Positions 10,233 through 21,601 of a DNA stretch of 64,000 nt are shown here, one piece after another. Both the position numbers and the translations under genes were made by a program. The stretch is from assembly GCA_052279835.1 (NCBI GenBank), contig CP181291.1, forward strand, positions 2,272,001 to 2,336,000, written 5' to 3'. The DNA is from Microcoleus sp. GTDB lineage: Bacteria; Cyanobacteriota; Cyanobacteriia; Cyanobacteriales; Microcoleaceae. Within the stretch, counting starts at the first letter, position 1, and each line of letters begins with the position of its first letter. Under the pieces are notes generated by a model, which saw only the letters and a list, made by a program, of their open reading frames with translations, was not told where the DNA came from and made no database searches.

Positions 10233-10340
10233 GGTTGTTAGCAACGGGAAAGATGCCTATTCCACAAAGAGTCAATTTGATAGGGGGTTGGGCTGGAGTT
10301 CCAGCCCTCAAAAGCCTGATTGAATCTTTGTATCAGATTC

Positions 10341-10676
10341 CTACTCAGCTACTTCGGCTTCGAGTTCAGCATCAGGAGCATCAGGCACATCTTGCTTGAT
10401 TGTCAAATAGCGAATCACTTCTTCACTCAGACGCATGGCGCGTTCCATAGGGAAAATTGCAGCGCCGGGAGCTGTATAGTTCATTTGAACGTATACTCCG
10501 TCGCGGTGCTTGCCGATTTCATAAGCCAAACGACGCTTCCCACGGTGCTGGGTTTCGATATTTTCCGCACCTTGATCGCGCAAAATAGTTTGATATTTCG
10601 CGATCGCCTGATCGGTCATTTCTTCACCCAAATCTGGGCGCAGAATGTACATTGTTTCGTAAATAAACGGTTTCAT
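10341..10676 (-). CDS. rpsF: 30S ribosomal protein S6
   Basis: [20 protein letters not shown] and EEVIRYL. Start placed at the internal ATG (MKPFIY). Confidence 0.95.
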   Translation of the reverse strand: MKPFIYETMYILRPDLGEEMTDQAIAKYQTILRDQGAENIETQHRGKRRLAYEIGKHRDGVYVQMNYTAPGAAIFPMERAMRLSEEVIRYLTIKQDVPDAPDAELEAEVAE

Positions 10677-10742
10677 GCCAAAAATCCCCTTATGGACAAC
10701 AAGGCTTCTCGCGAAGCAAGGACTTATTATCATATCCCAACA

Positions 10743-11609
10743 ATGAACAATTTCAAAACTAAAAAACCAAATTCCCCAAACAGCACTCCCTCCCAGTGGC
10801 AGACCCTGTGGATGTACAGTATGATGGGTGCGATCGCCCTGCTAATGCTATTCCCCCTGTTGTGGCTGCTGAGCACATCCCTCAAATCCCCAGCCGAAAA
10901 CATCTTTCAATTTCCCCCCCAACTGTGGCCCCAACAGCCCACCCTAGAAAACTTCATCAAAGTTTGGGAAACAAACCCCTTCGGGCGCTACCTCTTCAAC
11001 AGCACCCTAATTGCCACCCTCACCGTTAGCATCAACGTCCTATTTTGTGCCCTGGCCGCCTATCCCTTAGCCAGACTCAATTTTCGAGGCCGCGAAGCCA
11101 TCTTAATTGCGATCGTTTCCACCATCATGATTCCCTTCCAAATCGTGATGATTCCTCTATATGTATTAACTGTACAACTAGGACTAAAAAATAGTTATTT
11201 AGGCGTAATTTTTCCCGGATTAGCCTCAGCATTCGGCATATTTTTACTGCGCCAAGCATTCCTCGCAGTTCCCAAAGAATTAGAAGAAGCCGCCCGCATA
11301 GATGGCTGTAGCGAATTAGGCATTTGGTGGCACATTATGATTCCAGCAATTAAGCCAGCATTAGTCACGTTAGGGATTTTCGTATTTATCGGTTCTTGGA
11401 GTGACTTTTTGTGGCCGCTGCTAGTTTTAGACAGACCAGAATATTACACTTTGCCTTTAGGAGTCGCTAATTTAGCCGGGACATTTTCCTTAGATTGGCG
11501 TTTAGTGGCGGCCGGTTCTATAATTTCCATTGTACCAGTTTTAGGTTTATTTTTGATATTGCAAAAATACATTGTACCCACAGAAACAGCGACGGGAGTC
11601 AAAGGATAA
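10743..11609 (+). CDS. Carbohydrate ABC transporter permease (MalG-like)
   Basis: EAA loop [19 protein letters not shown] and multiple TM segments. The ORF-track N-terminal extension overlaps rpsF and is excluded. Confidence 0.9.
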   Translation: MNNFKTKKPNSPNSTPSQWQTLWMYSMMGAIALLMLFPLLWLLSTSLKSPAENIFQFPPQLWPQQPTLENFIKVWETNPFGRYLFNSTLIATLTVSINVLFCALAAYPLARLNFRGREAILIAIVSTIMIPFQIVMIPLYVLTVQLGLKNSYLGVIFPGLASAFGIFLLRQAFLAVPKELEEAARIDGCSELGIWWHIMIPAIKPALVTLGIFVFIGSWSDFLWPLLVLDRPEYYTLPLGVANLAGTFSLDWRLVAAGSIISIVPVLGLFLILQKYIVPTETATGVKG

Positions 11610-11659
11610 TATCCATCTTAAAAATCCGCGTTAGCTCAAATCCGGTTGCATCGGAATGA

Positions 11660-11752
11660 TTAAACCGCGAAGACACAAAGAGCGCGAAGTCAGAACTGCA
11701 TCTTCTTCTTCTTTCTCTTCCTTTGCGTCCTTCGCGCCTTCGCGGTTCATTT
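11660..11752. repeat. Palindromic AACCGCGAAG...CTTCGCGGTT dispersed repeat between convergent genes
   Basis: Inverted arms are visible. Related copies lie at about 33260-33420 and 41460-41590. Confidence 0.55.
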
Positions 11753-11784
11753 AATCTTACCCACTCTTTCCATCCAAATTCCCC

Positions 11785-14349
11785 TTATCTCGGAGTAAAA
11801 ACTGCACTAGGATAAGCAATTCGCTTATGATTGAACTGTTCCCAAACCCGGACAAAAATCTCCGCAATTAAAGACATATCCTCCCGCGTCAAACCCGAAT
11901 CAATCAACTGATTATCCTGCCAACGAGCTCTCAGAATCTTGTTAACCATACTCAAAGCCTCCTCGTGAGTGGCATCCTTGAGCGATCGCAAAGCAGCCTC
12001 ACAGGAGTCCGCCACCATCACAATCCCAGTTTCCCGTGACTGAGGAATCGGCCCATTATAGCGAAAATCATCCTCCCTCACTTCGCGACTTTCCATAGTT
12101 AACGTTGTTGTTGTTGAATTATGCCCATCGGCCACAGCCATCTTTAAATCTGCGGATTCCTGAGCCACAATTTGCTTTGCTTGGTGATAGAAATAAGCAA
12201 TCAACATCGTCCCTTGATGTTCAGGAATAAACGCCTGAATCGCCTTCGGCAATCGATGTTTTCGTGCCATCACTAAGCCTTCACTAACGTGCTTTTTAAT
12301 AATCTGGGCACTGGCCCAAGGGTCATTAATTTCATCATGTTTATTACCCCCGCCCATTTGATTTTCGCAAAATCCGATCGGGTCGTGCATTTTGCCAATA
12401 TCATGGTATAATGTGCCAGTTCTAACTAGCTCTACATTACAGCCAAGTTCCCGCGCCGCCGCCTCGGCCAAACTCGCCACAAACAGCGTGTGCTGAAAAG
12501 TCCCAGGAGCCTCGGCGGCCAACTTCTTCAATAGAGGACGATTGGGATTAGCCAATTCCGCCAGTCTGATGGGGGTAATTAAGTCAAAAACGTGTTCTAA
12601 ATAAGGGCTGATGCCCAGAGCTACAACGCTCCAAGCTAAACCGGCTAAACTTTGGGCACCCACGGTACCGAGCACAACGTACCAAATAGAGCCGGCAGCG
12701 ACGCTGGCAATCATTGTCCCCACCAGATAAACGATGCCCTGAGTTAAGCCGATCGCCACGCCCAAGAGAGCCAATTCTTCGCGCGATCGCAACCTGCTCG
12801 CCATCAAAGCACCCAGCAATCCCGCCGCCGCGCTAGCCACCAAATGAATCAACTCAATTTCCAAGCCAATGGGTAACACCAGTGACAACAGCCCCACCAC
12901 CGTAACCCCCACGGCCGAACCGTAGAAGCCGCTTGCTAAAATGCCGATCGCCGGCAAAGTTGTCCAAGGCAGCCCCAAACTTACCAACACAGGCGCGCTC
13001 AAAGTCAACAGCAACAGCAGCAAGTGATCTCTGCGGCGCAAGCGATAATGCCTTTCTACCAGTAGCACGATCCCAATCGCCGCCCCAACTAAGCAGACAA
13101 AGCCCGCCAACCCCAACCAATTCACACCCCGCCTACTCAAACCGAAATAGTCGAGTAACACGAAATCTTGTTGAGAGATCTCTTGTCCTTCTGCCACAAT
13201 GATCTGGCCCTGGTTTACTTCTAGTGTCACCACTTGCACCTTTTGGGCTGCTAATTCCGCTAGCTGTTTGGTTTCTTCGGAATCTCGCACCAGATTGGGC
13301 TGTAAAATCGCTGTTAAAGCTTCTATGGCCAAATTTTGCGATACCCCAGGCACTGAGTCGGCCACTTGCAGTCTCACAGCTTCCTTTAAAATATCTTTGG
13401 GCAAACCCTGGGGAATACCTTGAGCCAGCATTTTTTTGGCTACCAGACTCATACCCTTTTGTGTTTCCTGCCAAACTGTATCGGACAAATCAAAGAGGGA
13501 ATTATCATAAATCTGTCCTAGTCGGGACACCGATTTGGTTTCCATTGCTTCCAAAGCGTTAAGGTAGCCCTGGCGAACTTCGGAGATACCCTCTGTCAGA
13601 TTTTTGAATTCTACCTTGGAGACCGATCGACTGTAAGCTTGCAGTTGAACGACAGCATCTTGTTGAGATTTATTTCCCGTCGCCTGCGTCGGATCGCTGG
13701 ACTCCAGACTCAAGGGCGTAGCTTTGGTACTACCGTCTCCTACTTGCGCTAAGATCGATCGCCACTCCCATTCTGGACAGCTCCGCAGGTACAATTGAAC
13801 GTTAGTTGATAGCAATTCTGGTCTGGCCAAAGGCAAAAGACCGATCGCCCGTCGCAGTTCAGTCCCTTGTTGCAAAAATTGTTGCAATTCTTGATAGATT
13901 TTGCGATCGGCATTCTCGTCAAGCATCAATATCGCTACCGCCCCAATCCGCGCTGCTTTCCTTTGTTCTTCCGTGGTTTTGAGATCGGAAACCTTGGCAC
14001 TAGCTGGGGCTTTAATTGTCTGAGGAGCTTTTGTGCCTACATCTAGTTTGGGTTGGTTGTAAAAACGGTGTCCCAGAGTGCTGCTGAGGGAAATGACGGC
14101 GACGATCGCTAAGACAGGGGAACGAGCTTGATTTTTGAGGTAGGATTGGGAATTTTTACTTTTATAACCAGTAAAACCTTTGGGTCGATCGGATTTCTTC
14201 GGGAAAAAACGGTTGAGCATAGAGTCGCGCGGGCGATCGTCTGGTTCTGGTTTGCTACCATCATGTTGCACCTTAGCAACTTGTTGGCGCTGCGAGCGGG
14301 AAGTCCCTAGTTGTTCTATTTGCCGCATCAATGAGGAGAGAGTATTCAT
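11785..14349 (-). CDS. 7TM-HD (HDIG) phosphohydrolase, PgpH-like cyclic dinucleotide phosphodiesterase
   Basis: Extracellular domain, multi-TM region, APGTFQH, YHDIGK, EHQGT and VMVADSCEAA. Confidence 0.88.
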   Translation of the reverse strand: MNTLSSLMRQIEQLGTSRSQRQQVAKVQHDGSKPEPDDRPRDSMLNRFFPKKSDRPKGFTGYKSKNSQSYLKNQARSPVLAIVAVISLSSTLGHRFYNQPKLDVGTKAPQTIKAPASAKVSDLKTTEEQRKAARIGAVAILMLDENADRKIYQELQQFLQQGTELRRAIGLLPLARPELLSTNVQLYLRSCPEWEWRSILAQVGDGSTKATPLSLESSDPTQATGNKSQQDAVVQLQAYSRSVSKVEFKNLTEGISEVRQGYLNALEAMETKSVSRLGQIYDNSLFDLSDTVWQETQKGMSLVAKKMLAQGIPQGLPKDILKEAVRLQVADSVPGVSQNLAIEALTAILQPNLVRDSEETKQLAELAAQKVQVVTLEVNQGQIIVAEGQEISQQDFVLLDYFGLSRRGVNWLGLAGFVCLVGAAIGIVLLVERHYRLRRRDHLLLLLLTLSAPVLVSLGLPWTTLPAIGILASGFYGSAVGVTVVGLLSLVLPIGLEIELIHLVASAAAGLLGALMASRLRSREELALLGVAIGLTQGIVYLVGTMIASVAAGSIWYVVLGTVGAQSLAGLAWSVVALGISPYLEHVFDLITPIRLAELANPNRPLLKKLAAEAPGTFQHTLFVASLAEAAARELGCNVELVRTGTLYHDIGKMHDPIGFCENQMGGGNKHDEINDPWASAQIIKKHVSEGLVMARKHRLPKAIQAFIPEHQGTMLIAYFYHQAKQIVAQESADLKMAVADGHNSTTTTLTMESREVREDDFRYNGPIPQSRETGIVMVADSCEAALRSLKDATHEEALSMVNKILRARWQDNQLIDSGLTREDMSLIAEIFVRVWEQFNHKRIAYPSAVFTPR

Positions 14350-14836
14350 AAAAATTTCACGGGAAGCCGGAAACTCAGCGTCTTCTGACCTGAGAGGGAA
14401 GCGACACGGGGCATTTCCATCCCCGTAGTATCGATCGACGCTACGGGGGCACTCGCAAAGTAACGTGTATAATGTGATTCATCGCGCAAACAGCTTTCCA
14501 TTATGGTTGGTCTCCAACATCTTGCAGCATTCTCAATCAGGCTGGCAGCGAGGGACTCTTGGGCCCACCCCACAGTTAGATTTACTGTGTTTGGCACAGG
14601 CCCCACAGCCTGCGATCGAACACCTCCCATCAGTCTGAAATCCAACCGATATTGCTGTTTTTAAAATCGATGCCGAAATTAGCGATGGGCGAACCAACTT
14701 TGTTCATAAATTGACCACTGGAATGGTGGGCGATGGTTTGGCGATGGTACGAGTAGCTCTCATTAAGCATCAAACCCTATGGTGTTAGATCGTCGGAGCA
14801 GTTTCAGAAGTCAAGAATCTGGGTATTCTGTTTTTT

Positions 14837-15982
14837 TTAATTACGAGATCTAATTACATAAGGTGCAGCCACCACTGCCCCCAGGATGGGGGGTTCACCT
14901 TCGGCATCGGGACTGTAAACTCCACTCCAGACGGCAAATAGGTGATGAGCTAGCTGTTTGATTTTGGCATCCGTAGCCGTTAAACAGACCGAGGGCTCTG
15001 GCCCCTCGGCTGCCAAGTTAGATGCCACCGCAGCCGAATGTCTAGATCGCCATTCTACAGGAATCGCGGCAGCACCATTGTAAGATCCTGACAAAGCTCC
15101 CGTCAGCGAGCAAGTTAGCGGTGCTGCGATGCCACACCGGGCCGCGCGGAAAACTGACAAACGCAAATCTTCTGGGGTACTTAAGAAGCAGTAGAAAGCG
15201 ATCGCCATCGAAATGAAATTTCCTGGGTTGACAATTGAGTTGGTTTGTGATTTTTTTTCACCCTTGGTATGGCTTTCTTCCAAAGCTATGGCGCTTTTGC
15301 AGAGATGGTTTTTGGCTCTTTCTAAATCTGCTCCCTTTTCTAATAATATTTGTACTTGTGAAAGCAGCTCGGTTAAAGCATTATCTGTTGCCAGGTAGGT
15401 AATTGTTTGAGGAATTGCCGTCGCGGGGTCAAGTTTTTCTTTGAGCGATCGGGCGATCGCATACCCTACTGCTAAAACTCCTGTTTGACATTCTGAAGCG
15501 CTTTGGTTGTGCCAAACATCTGTCGCCAGCATGAGTTTTGCTCGGAGCTTGGCTTTATTTTCGTGATAAAACAGTGCTGTTGGCAATGCAGCAACCGCAG
15601 CTTCACAAGGGTTAAGTATACTTTTAGCTTCTATATTTGGCGAATGGTAAAGCTCAGACTGAGCAAATGTTTCCCAAGTATCGCGCCAATCTTTTAAATC
15701 TAAACCGCTACACCTAATTAAACTTTGAGCTCCGGCTAGAGCCAGCATCCAGCACTCGGATGAGTTTGTGCCAGTTGAAAGTTTACCCTTGGACGATTTC
15801 CATCGCAAATTTGCCCCACTCATGGGCAATGGTTGGTGTTTAGTCAGTTGTAAAATGGGTTGCAATTCTGATGTTTGAGGGGGAATACCCAGAAGTTGTT
15901 GTTGATATTGAATACCTATAAAATCTCCTAAAGCGCAACCCTGTAAGGTTCCTTGAAACTTATTTAATAGAGAATGTCGCAT
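14837..15982 (-). CDS. ADP-ribosylglycohydrolase-family protein (catalytic acidic motifs degenerate)
   Basis: N-terminal KFQGTLQGCALGDFIG and C-terminal LTGALSGSYNG..AIPVEW match the family. Confidence 0.72.
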   Translation of the reverse strand: MRHSLLNKFQGTLQGCALGDFIGIQYQQQLLGIPPQTSELQPILQLTKHQPLPMSGANLRWKSSKGKLSTGTNSSECWMLALAGAQSLIRCSGLDLKDWRDTWETFAQSELYHSPNIEAKSILNPCEAAVAALPTALFYHENKAKLRAKLMLATDVWHNQSASECQTGVLAVGYAIARSLKEKLDPATAIPQTITYLATDNALTELLSQVQILLEKGADLERAKNHLCKSAIALEESHTKGEKKSQTNSIVNPGNFISMAIAFYCFLSTPEDLRLSVFRAARCGIAAPLTCSLTGALSGSYNGAAAIPVEWRSRHSAAVASNLAAEGPEPSVCLTATDAKIKQLAHHLFAVWSGVYSPDAEGEPPILGAVVAAPYVIRSRN

Positions 15983-15984
15983 AT

Positions 15985-16105
15985 TGGTTATTGATTATTG
16001 GTTATTTGTTATTTGTTATTTGTTGTTGGTTATTTGTTATTGGTTATTTGTTATTTGTTATTTGTTATTTGTTGTTGGTTGTTGGTTGTTGGTTACTTGT
16101 TATTT
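15985..16105. repeat. STRR-type heptamer tandem repeat (TTATTTG/TTATTGG/TTGTTGG)
   Basis: About 16 degenerate 7-mers visible directly. Confidence 0.9.
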
Positions 16106-16246
16106 TGGGTTTTCTATTAATTTTTTTGGGTCCGATCGAACCTATAATCCCTGGCTTCCGAATCAAAAAACTTATCTTAATTAAAGCGCTGTTAACTCCC
16201 CGATTTCTTAAACAAGAATTCGGGGAGCTTGGTATTGGGTAAATTT

Positions 16247-16687
16247 TCAGTGGTTTTTCAAGTGACTAACTACAGCTTGCAGCCCTAGCCGATAACTCTC
16301 TGAACCAAAACCACTGATTTGCCCGATCGCCACTGGTGCTATAAACGAGTGGTGCCGGAAATCTTCCCGCCGATAGATATTGCTCAAATGAACTTCTACC
16401 GCAGGCAAATTGACGGCTGCGATCGCGTCCCTAATTGCCACACTCGTATGAGTATAAGCTCCAGCATTAATTAAAAGGCCTTGGTGCTGCCCTAACATCG
16501 AATGAATGGCATCCACCAAGACTCCTTCATGATTAGACTGCTGGATCGAGACTTTCACCTGGAGCGCAAGGGCTTCTTGCTCTAGCAACTTGTTTATATC
16601 ATTTAAAGTTGCTACTCCATAGACTCCAGGTTCTCGCTGACCCAGCAGATTGAGATTTGGGCCGTGCAGTACCAGGATATTTAACAA
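16247..16687 (-). CDS. aroQ: Type II 3-dehydroquinate dehydratase
   Basis: [34 protein letters not shown] and VEVHLSN. TTG start at 16687 is inferred. Confidence 0.93.
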   Translation of the reverse strand: MLNILVLHGPNLNLLGQREPGVYGVATLNDINKLLEQEALALQVKVSIQQSNHEGVLVDAIHSMLGQHQGLLINAGAYTHTSVAIRDAIAAVNLPAVEVHLSNIYRREDFRHHSFIAPVAIGQISGFGSESYRLGLQAVVSHLKNH

Positions 16688-16785
16688 TTTTAAAATTTCC
16701 AGCGCGACAAAATGTGTGAGGGTTTTGATTTCGGTCTTAGAACCACTCTCAAATCTCAATTCTCAAACCTTAAAGCCAGTCCACG

Positions 16786-16923
16786 CTACCTACGATGTCT
16801 GGGTTGGTTGACTGGAATTGGAATCGGTTGCAGTTCCGGTTGAGCTTCTGGATTCAGCAATCCTTCGATCAGCTTGCGAACCCATTCTTTGATTTGTTCC
16901 AGCACCTTTTCAATGTCTTCCAT
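16786..16923 (-). CDS. 45-aa small protein (amphipathic helix plus Pro-rich tail)
   Basis: MEDIEKVLEQIKEWVRKLIEGLLNPEAQPELQPIPIPVNQPRHRR, preceded by an AAAGGAG RBS. Confidence 0.7.
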   Translation of the reverse strand: MEDIEKVLEQIKEWVRKLIEGLLNPEAQPELQPIPIPVNQPRHRR

Positions 16924-17212
16924 TGAACGGATAGCTCCTTTTTTTATAATCTTGATTCTTAAACCGACGGCCAACTCTCTGAATACAAGCAAGCATAACC
17001 ATGAAATCAACAGTCAAACTTGAATTTTCTCGACCAGTTGTTGCTAGCAACCGCGAGAGGGAGTGTATTTGCCAATCAGTCTTATCTTATTATCATAACG
17101 AATCTTTACAGATAATCAAGAGGGAAGCGAGAAATTACGGAACTGTTTCGGCTCCTTCAGCCTTAAATAAAAATTAAGATTACTTTTACCTCTTGACAAT
17201 TTACAATTCATT

Positions 17213-18478
17213 TCAGCTTTTTTGAGCTTCTGTCAACAAAAGTTGACGTCGGAGTCGATCGAGCGCCGTACAAGCACTCAGATTTCTAATCCAATCGCGG
17301 GTGCGCGCATCGCCAAAACGGTATTCAAAACTATCTACCTCGCCCTTAGGCCCGGCTAAACCTATATAAACCAGTCCCACCGACTTAGCCTCACTGCCTC
17401 CTCCTGGCCCGGCGATGCCTGTAATGCTCAATCCCCAACTGGTGTTAAGCCCTTGCCGCACTCCGACTGCCATTTGTTTTGCCACTTGGTGGCTGACAGC
17501 ACCAAATTCGGCTAAATCTCGCGGCTTAACACCTAATAATTTTTCCTTAACTCGATCGTCATAGGAAATAATCCCGCCCCAAAAGTATCTCGAACTGCCA
17601 GCAACACCGGTCAGCATCGCCCCCAACCCTCCTCCCGTGCATGATTCAGCCACGCTGAGAGTTTCACCAGCCAACAGCAGCAATTTACCAACAGTCGAGG
17701 CGAGGGTATCGGTATCGACACCGTAACAGTCTAGACCAGTAATCTGTAGCAACTGTTGTTCGATGGGCTCAATTAAATTTTTAGCCACCGCTTCCGACTC
17801 CGCGCGGGCTGAAATCCGCAATTTGACTTCGCCGTGATTGGCGTAGGGAGCAACAGTTGGATTGGTTAAATTGAGAAAAGCATCTACTTTTTCGGCGAGT
17901 GCTGACTCAGCAATACCCCAAAATTTTAATGTGCGGCTGTAAATCGTGCCCCTGCGCCAGCCGTTATTTTGCAGGTAAGAAACGGCGGTTTCTCGCCACA
18001 TCAAGTGCATTTCCGCTGGTACGCCGGGAAATGTCATGACTGTGACGTTGGGAACAGGTTGCCAAATAATCCCCGGTGCAGAACCTGTGCGATTTGGCAA
18101 AATCTCAGCACCTTCTGGAATTAAAGCTTGTTTGCGGTTGCTCTTACTCATGCTTCGTCCCCGCTGAGCAAATTTGTGTTCGATGTCAGCGATAATTTCC
18201 GGTCTTTCTAGGAGGGGAACACCAAAATAATCCGCTATAGTTTCGACTGTGAGGTCGTCTGGTGTTGGACCTAGACCTCCTGTAAACAACAGTAGTTGCG
18301 ATCGCTCTACTGCTATTTTTAACACCTGTTTAATGCGATCTGGATTGTCACCCACCACTGTTTGATAGTAGTGAGGAATTCCCAAACTTGCTAACTCCTT
18401 AGCTAAAAACTGAGAATTGCTATTGAGAATATCCCCTAACAGCAATTCAGTGCCAACACAAATAATTTCAGCAACCAT
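17213..18478 (-). CDS. cinA: Competence/damage-inducible protein CinA (MoCF-biosynth plus PncC domains)
   Basis: GTELLLG, GGLGPTPDD, AESCTGG and ITGIAGP. Confidence 0.93.
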   Translation of the reverse strand: MVAEIICVGTELLLGDILNSNSQFLAKELASLGIPHYYQTVVGDNPDRIKQVLKIAVERSQLLLFTGGLGPTPDDLTVETIADYFGVPLLERPEIIADIEHKFAQRGRSMSKSNRKQALIPEGAEILPNRTGSAPGIIWQPVPNVTVMTFPGVPAEMHLMWRETAVSYLQNNGWRRGTIYSRTLKFWGIAESALAEKVDAFLNLTNPTVAPYANHGEVKLRISARAESEAVAKNLIEPIEQQLLQITGLDCYGVDTDTLASTVGKLLLLAGETLSVAESCTGGGLGAMLTGVAGSSRYFWGGIISYDDRVKEKLLGVKPRDLAEFGAVSHQVAKQMAVGVRQGLNTSWGLSITGIAGPGGGSEAKSVGLVYIGLAGPKGEVDSFEYRFGDARTRDWIRNLSACTALDRLRRQLLLTEAQKS

Positions 18479-18509
18479 TCAATTTGATTTTAGATTGTGG
18501 ATTTTTGAT

Positions 18510-18575
18510 TGAAGAATTGGTAATAGGGAATTGGTAATAGGGAATTGCTAATGGGGAATTGGTAATGGGGAATTC
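18510..18575. repeat. Short tandem repeat (GGGAATT/GGTAAT type)
   Basis: Repeated GAATTGGTAAT(A/G)GG units. A similar GGGAATT tract lies at about 21620-21650. Confidence 0.7.
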
Positions 18576-18642
18576 GGCCGAAAAGCATTGGTAGCCCCCT
18601 CTCCCCCTCTACCTTCTTCCTTCTTCCTTCTTCCTTCTTCCT

Positions 18643-19698
18643 TCATCTCGCGTGCCTCCAAACTTTCCAGCTAGCATATCCCAACAAACTGGTGGCTCCC
18701 ATGGCATAGACTACGCCACTGGGAACCGAAAAAGCTAGAGCTAAACTTCCCACCCACAGTGTCAGCGAGTAAATAAATAAAACTGCAAATCGATGGGATA
18801 ATCCTGCATTGAGCAGTCGGTGGTGGAGGTGACGTTTGTCAGCAATAAACGGAGACTTGCCGTTGCGAAGTCGATCAAGAATCACCGCAGACATATCTAA
18901 AATCGGTACAGCTAAAATCAAATATGGCAGCAACACAGAAGTTATAGCCGTAGTTTTCACTAACCCAACTACTCCAACTCCCGCCAGAGTAAAGCCGATG
19001 AAATAGGCTCCTCCATCTCCCATGAAAATTTGAGCTGGATTGAAGTTGTAGCGCAGAAATCCCAATGTCCCCCCAGCTAAGGCTGCTGCAATTAACGCCG
19101 CCGCTGGTTGGTTCATCGACAGACTGACAATCAGCATCACAACTGCTGCAATCCCTGAAACTCCCGCCGCCAAACCGTCCAAACCGTCAATCCAATTGAT
19201 GGCGTTGGCCATACCGACTAGCCAAATCACCGTAATTGGCAAACTCAGCCAGCCAATATCTGTCAGTCCTAGGGAGGGAACTGTGAGAAACTCAATTTGT
19301 ACACCGGCCATCCAAGCGATGCTGGATACACCAATTTGCATGAGCAAGCGTCTTAGTGCCGAAAGCGAAAATAAATCGTCTGCTAAACCGATGAGGAAGA
19401 ATCCGATGCCGCCGAGGGTGACTCCCCAAATTTCGTATTCGTCTTTGCGATTGAGAATTTGTCCGGTAGCATCGATGAAGCCTCCTGAGAGCCAGACAAT
19501 TACCAGAGCAATGATAGTGCCGAGAAAGATAGATACTCCTCCCAAGCGTACCATCGGGCGTTGATGAACTTTACGATCGCCTGGTCGATCGACTCGTCCG
19601 CTTTTGAGACCAATGGTTTTGACTATTGGCGTACTCAATAGGACGACGATCGCGGAAACGATAAAGGCTAGTAGGTGGTAGAACAGATGGTGGAGCAT
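18643..19698 (-). CDS. Undecaprenyl-phosphate GlcNAc-1-phosphate transferase (WecA/TagO, MraY family)
   Basis: GLADD, NAINWIDGLDGL, FMGDGG and HLHHRL. Confidence 0.9.
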   Translation of the reverse strand: MLHHLFYHLLAFIVSAIVVLLSTPIVKTIGLKSGRVDRPGDRKVHQRPMVRLGGVSIFLGTIIALVIVWLSGGFIDATGQILNRKDEYEIWGVTLGGIGFFLIGLADDLFSLSALRRLLMQIGVSSIAWMAGVQIEFLTVPSLGLTDIGWLSLPITVIWLVGMANAINWIDGLDGLAAGVSGIAAVVMLIVSLSMNQPAAALIAAALAGGTLGFLRYNFNPAQIFMGDGGAYFIGFTLAGVGVVGLVKTTAITSVLLPYLILAVPILDMSAVILDRLRNGKSPFIADKRHLHHRLLNAGLSHRFAVLFIYSLTLWVGSLALAFSVPSGVVYAMGATSLLGYASWKVWRHAR

Positions 19699-19951
19699 CT
19701 GAAATCAGTATAGAGTGTCGGGTAATTTGGGTTTCAGGCAGAGTCTACTACATTTCAGATGGCTTTTAACCAGGCAAAATCTTGGAATAGCGACTGGGGG
19801 ATTAAGATACGGAGAGTTGGGAGTTACAAGTGGCAAGTTAAAGAGTTGTTAATTCTGCGCTTAAAACTCATAACTCTCAATCTTCTCCTGCTCTATTGCC
19901 CTTTTACCTGTACACTCCCAACTACCAATTTCGCCTTGTCAATCAGGAAAA

Positions 19952-21244
19952 TTAAGCCAATGCTGGGACTTTCAGGTACAAGTGAGGATACAAGGGGAAG
20001 CGCGAGCAGAGTGTGCCCACTCGCCGCAAACAATCGGCCGCCACGCTTTCGTCTTCAGGATTTAACAGTCGATCGGCAATAATATTACCAATCTCGATAA
20101 ATTCTGTAGTTCCCATACCCCTGGTTGTCATCGCTGCGGAACCAAGTCTCAAACCACTGGTAACAAAGGGCGATGCTGGATCGAAAGGCACGGTATTTTT
20201 ATTAGCTGTAATATTCACACCGCTAACTAATCGATCGGCTACTTTACCTGTCATGTCGATAGATTGCAAATCAACTAACATTAAGTGATTATCCGTACCC
20301 CCAGAAACCAGTTTCAAACCCCGCTGCTGTAACTGTGCAGCTAAAGCAGCGGCATTTGCAATTACTTGACCAGAATAAGTTTTAAATTCTGGCTTTAATG
20401 CTTCCCCAAAAGCTACTGCTTTACCAGCAATGACGTGTTCCAAAGGTCCGCCCTGACTACCAGGAAACACTGCTTTATCGAATTTTTTGCCTAGTTCTGG
20501 GTCATTTGTCAAAATCAAACCGCCTCTGGGCCCGCGCAGGGTTTTGTGAGTGGTAGTAGTGACTGCATGACAGTGAGGCAGAGGATTCGGGTGGTGCCCT
20601 GTGGCGACTAATCCGGCGATGTGAGCGATGTCGGCCAGCAGATAGGCACCAATTTCGTCAGCGATGGCTCTAAATTTCTCAAAGTTGATAATTCGCGAAT
20701 AAGCTGAGTAGCCACAAATTAGCAATTTCGGTCGATTTTCTTTGGCAATAGCCAAAATTTCGTCGTAGTCTAACTGTTCTGTTTCTTTGCTGACACCGTA
20801 GTGAAAAGCTTTGAACCATTTGCCGGATACGTTGACCGGTGAGCCGTGGGTCAAGTGTCCGCCGTGGGACAAATCCATGCCCATAATGCCGTCTCCTGGC
20901 TCTAGCAAGCTCAAAAACACTGCAAAGTTGGCTTGAGCGCCGGAGTGGGGCTGGACGTTGGCGTGAGCTGCTCCAAATAGCTGTTTGGCGCGATCGATCG
21001 CGATTTGCTCGATGCCGTCAATAAATTCACAGCCACCATAGTAGCGTTTCGTTGGCAATCCTTCGGCGTACTTATTTGTCAGCACAGAGCCTTGAGCTGC
21101 CATTACCGCTGCGGAAGTAAAGTTTTCGCTGGCGATGAGTTCTAGGTGATCTCGTTGGCGCTGGAGTTCTTGCCCGATTAAATCGGCAATTAGGGGATCG
21201 GTTTTGGAAAGAAATTCAAAGTTAGAGTCCGTCACAATAATCAA
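19952..21244 (-). CDS. glyA: Serine hydroxymethyltransferase
   Basis: LIASENF, NKYAEG, GGHLTHG and [14 protein letters not shown]. Confidence 0.97.
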   Translation of the reverse strand: MIIVTDSNFEFLSKTDPLIADLIGQELQRQRDHLELIASENFTSAAVMAAQGSVLTNKYAEGLPTKRYYGGCEFIDGIEQIAIDRAKQLFGAAHANVQPHSGAQANFAVFLSLLEPGDGIMGMDLSHGGHLTHGSPVNVSGKWFKAFHYGVSKETEQLDYDEILAIAKENRPKLLICGYSAYSRIINFEKFRAIADEIGAYLLADIAHIAGLVATGHHPNPLPHCHAVTTTTHKTLRGPRGGLILTNDPELGKKFDKAVFPGSQGGPLEHVIAGKAVAFGEALKPEFKTYSGQVIANAAALAAQLQQRGLKLVSGGTDNHLMLVDLQSIDMTGKVADRLVSGVNITANKNTVPFDPASPFVTSGLRLGSAAMTTRGMGTTEFIEIGNIIADRLLNPEDESVAADCLRRVGTLCSRFPLYPHLYLKVPALA

Positions 21245-21403
21245 CCTCTTAAGAAATTTGGGATTGGGAATTGGGGATCTTGTACCATACTACGGATTCC
21301 GCCCCATTGACATAAATATTACATTGTGTTCAGGTTAAGCTCTTTGTTCCAAAGTCCTGACATACAATGTAATCACTGGTGTGGAACCTGCCGGAGGTAT
21401 CAA

Positions 21404-21601
21404 ATGTTAGTCATTTTAATGGAAAATCAGATGCTTGCCCCTCAGCGTGTTTGCCAAGGTTGTTTGCTGGCCTCTAGCACTGGCCAACCCCGCTGGAATG
21501 ATGGCGAACTCCGCTGCGGCCATCCGGTTCGCAAACCTACGGAAAATTTGCCCGATCGCTACGAGTGTCAAATGGGCTTCACGATCGCTCACATTAAATA
21601 A
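21404..21601 (+). CDS. Small Cys-containing hypothetical protein (65 aa)
   Basis: GGAGGT RBS before MLVILMENQ; CxxC...C...CQMGF pattern. Confidence 0.7.
   Translation: MLVILMENQMLAPQRVCQGCLLASSTGQPRWNDGELRCGHPVRKPTENLPDRYECQMGFTIAHIK

Noticed and set aside
10320..10742. N-terminal extension of the ABC permease
   Set aside because: Fully overlaps rpsF on the opposite strand; the permease start is near 10743.
14350..14470. c-di-AMP riboswitch upstream of the HD phosphodiesterase
   Set aside because: Only a CCCCGTAG/CTACGGGG hairpin is present; ydaO consensus motifs were not found.
15984..16242. Hydrophobic Cys/Trp-rich ORFs of 66 and 83 aa
   Set aside because: Translation artefacts of the heptamer STRR tract.
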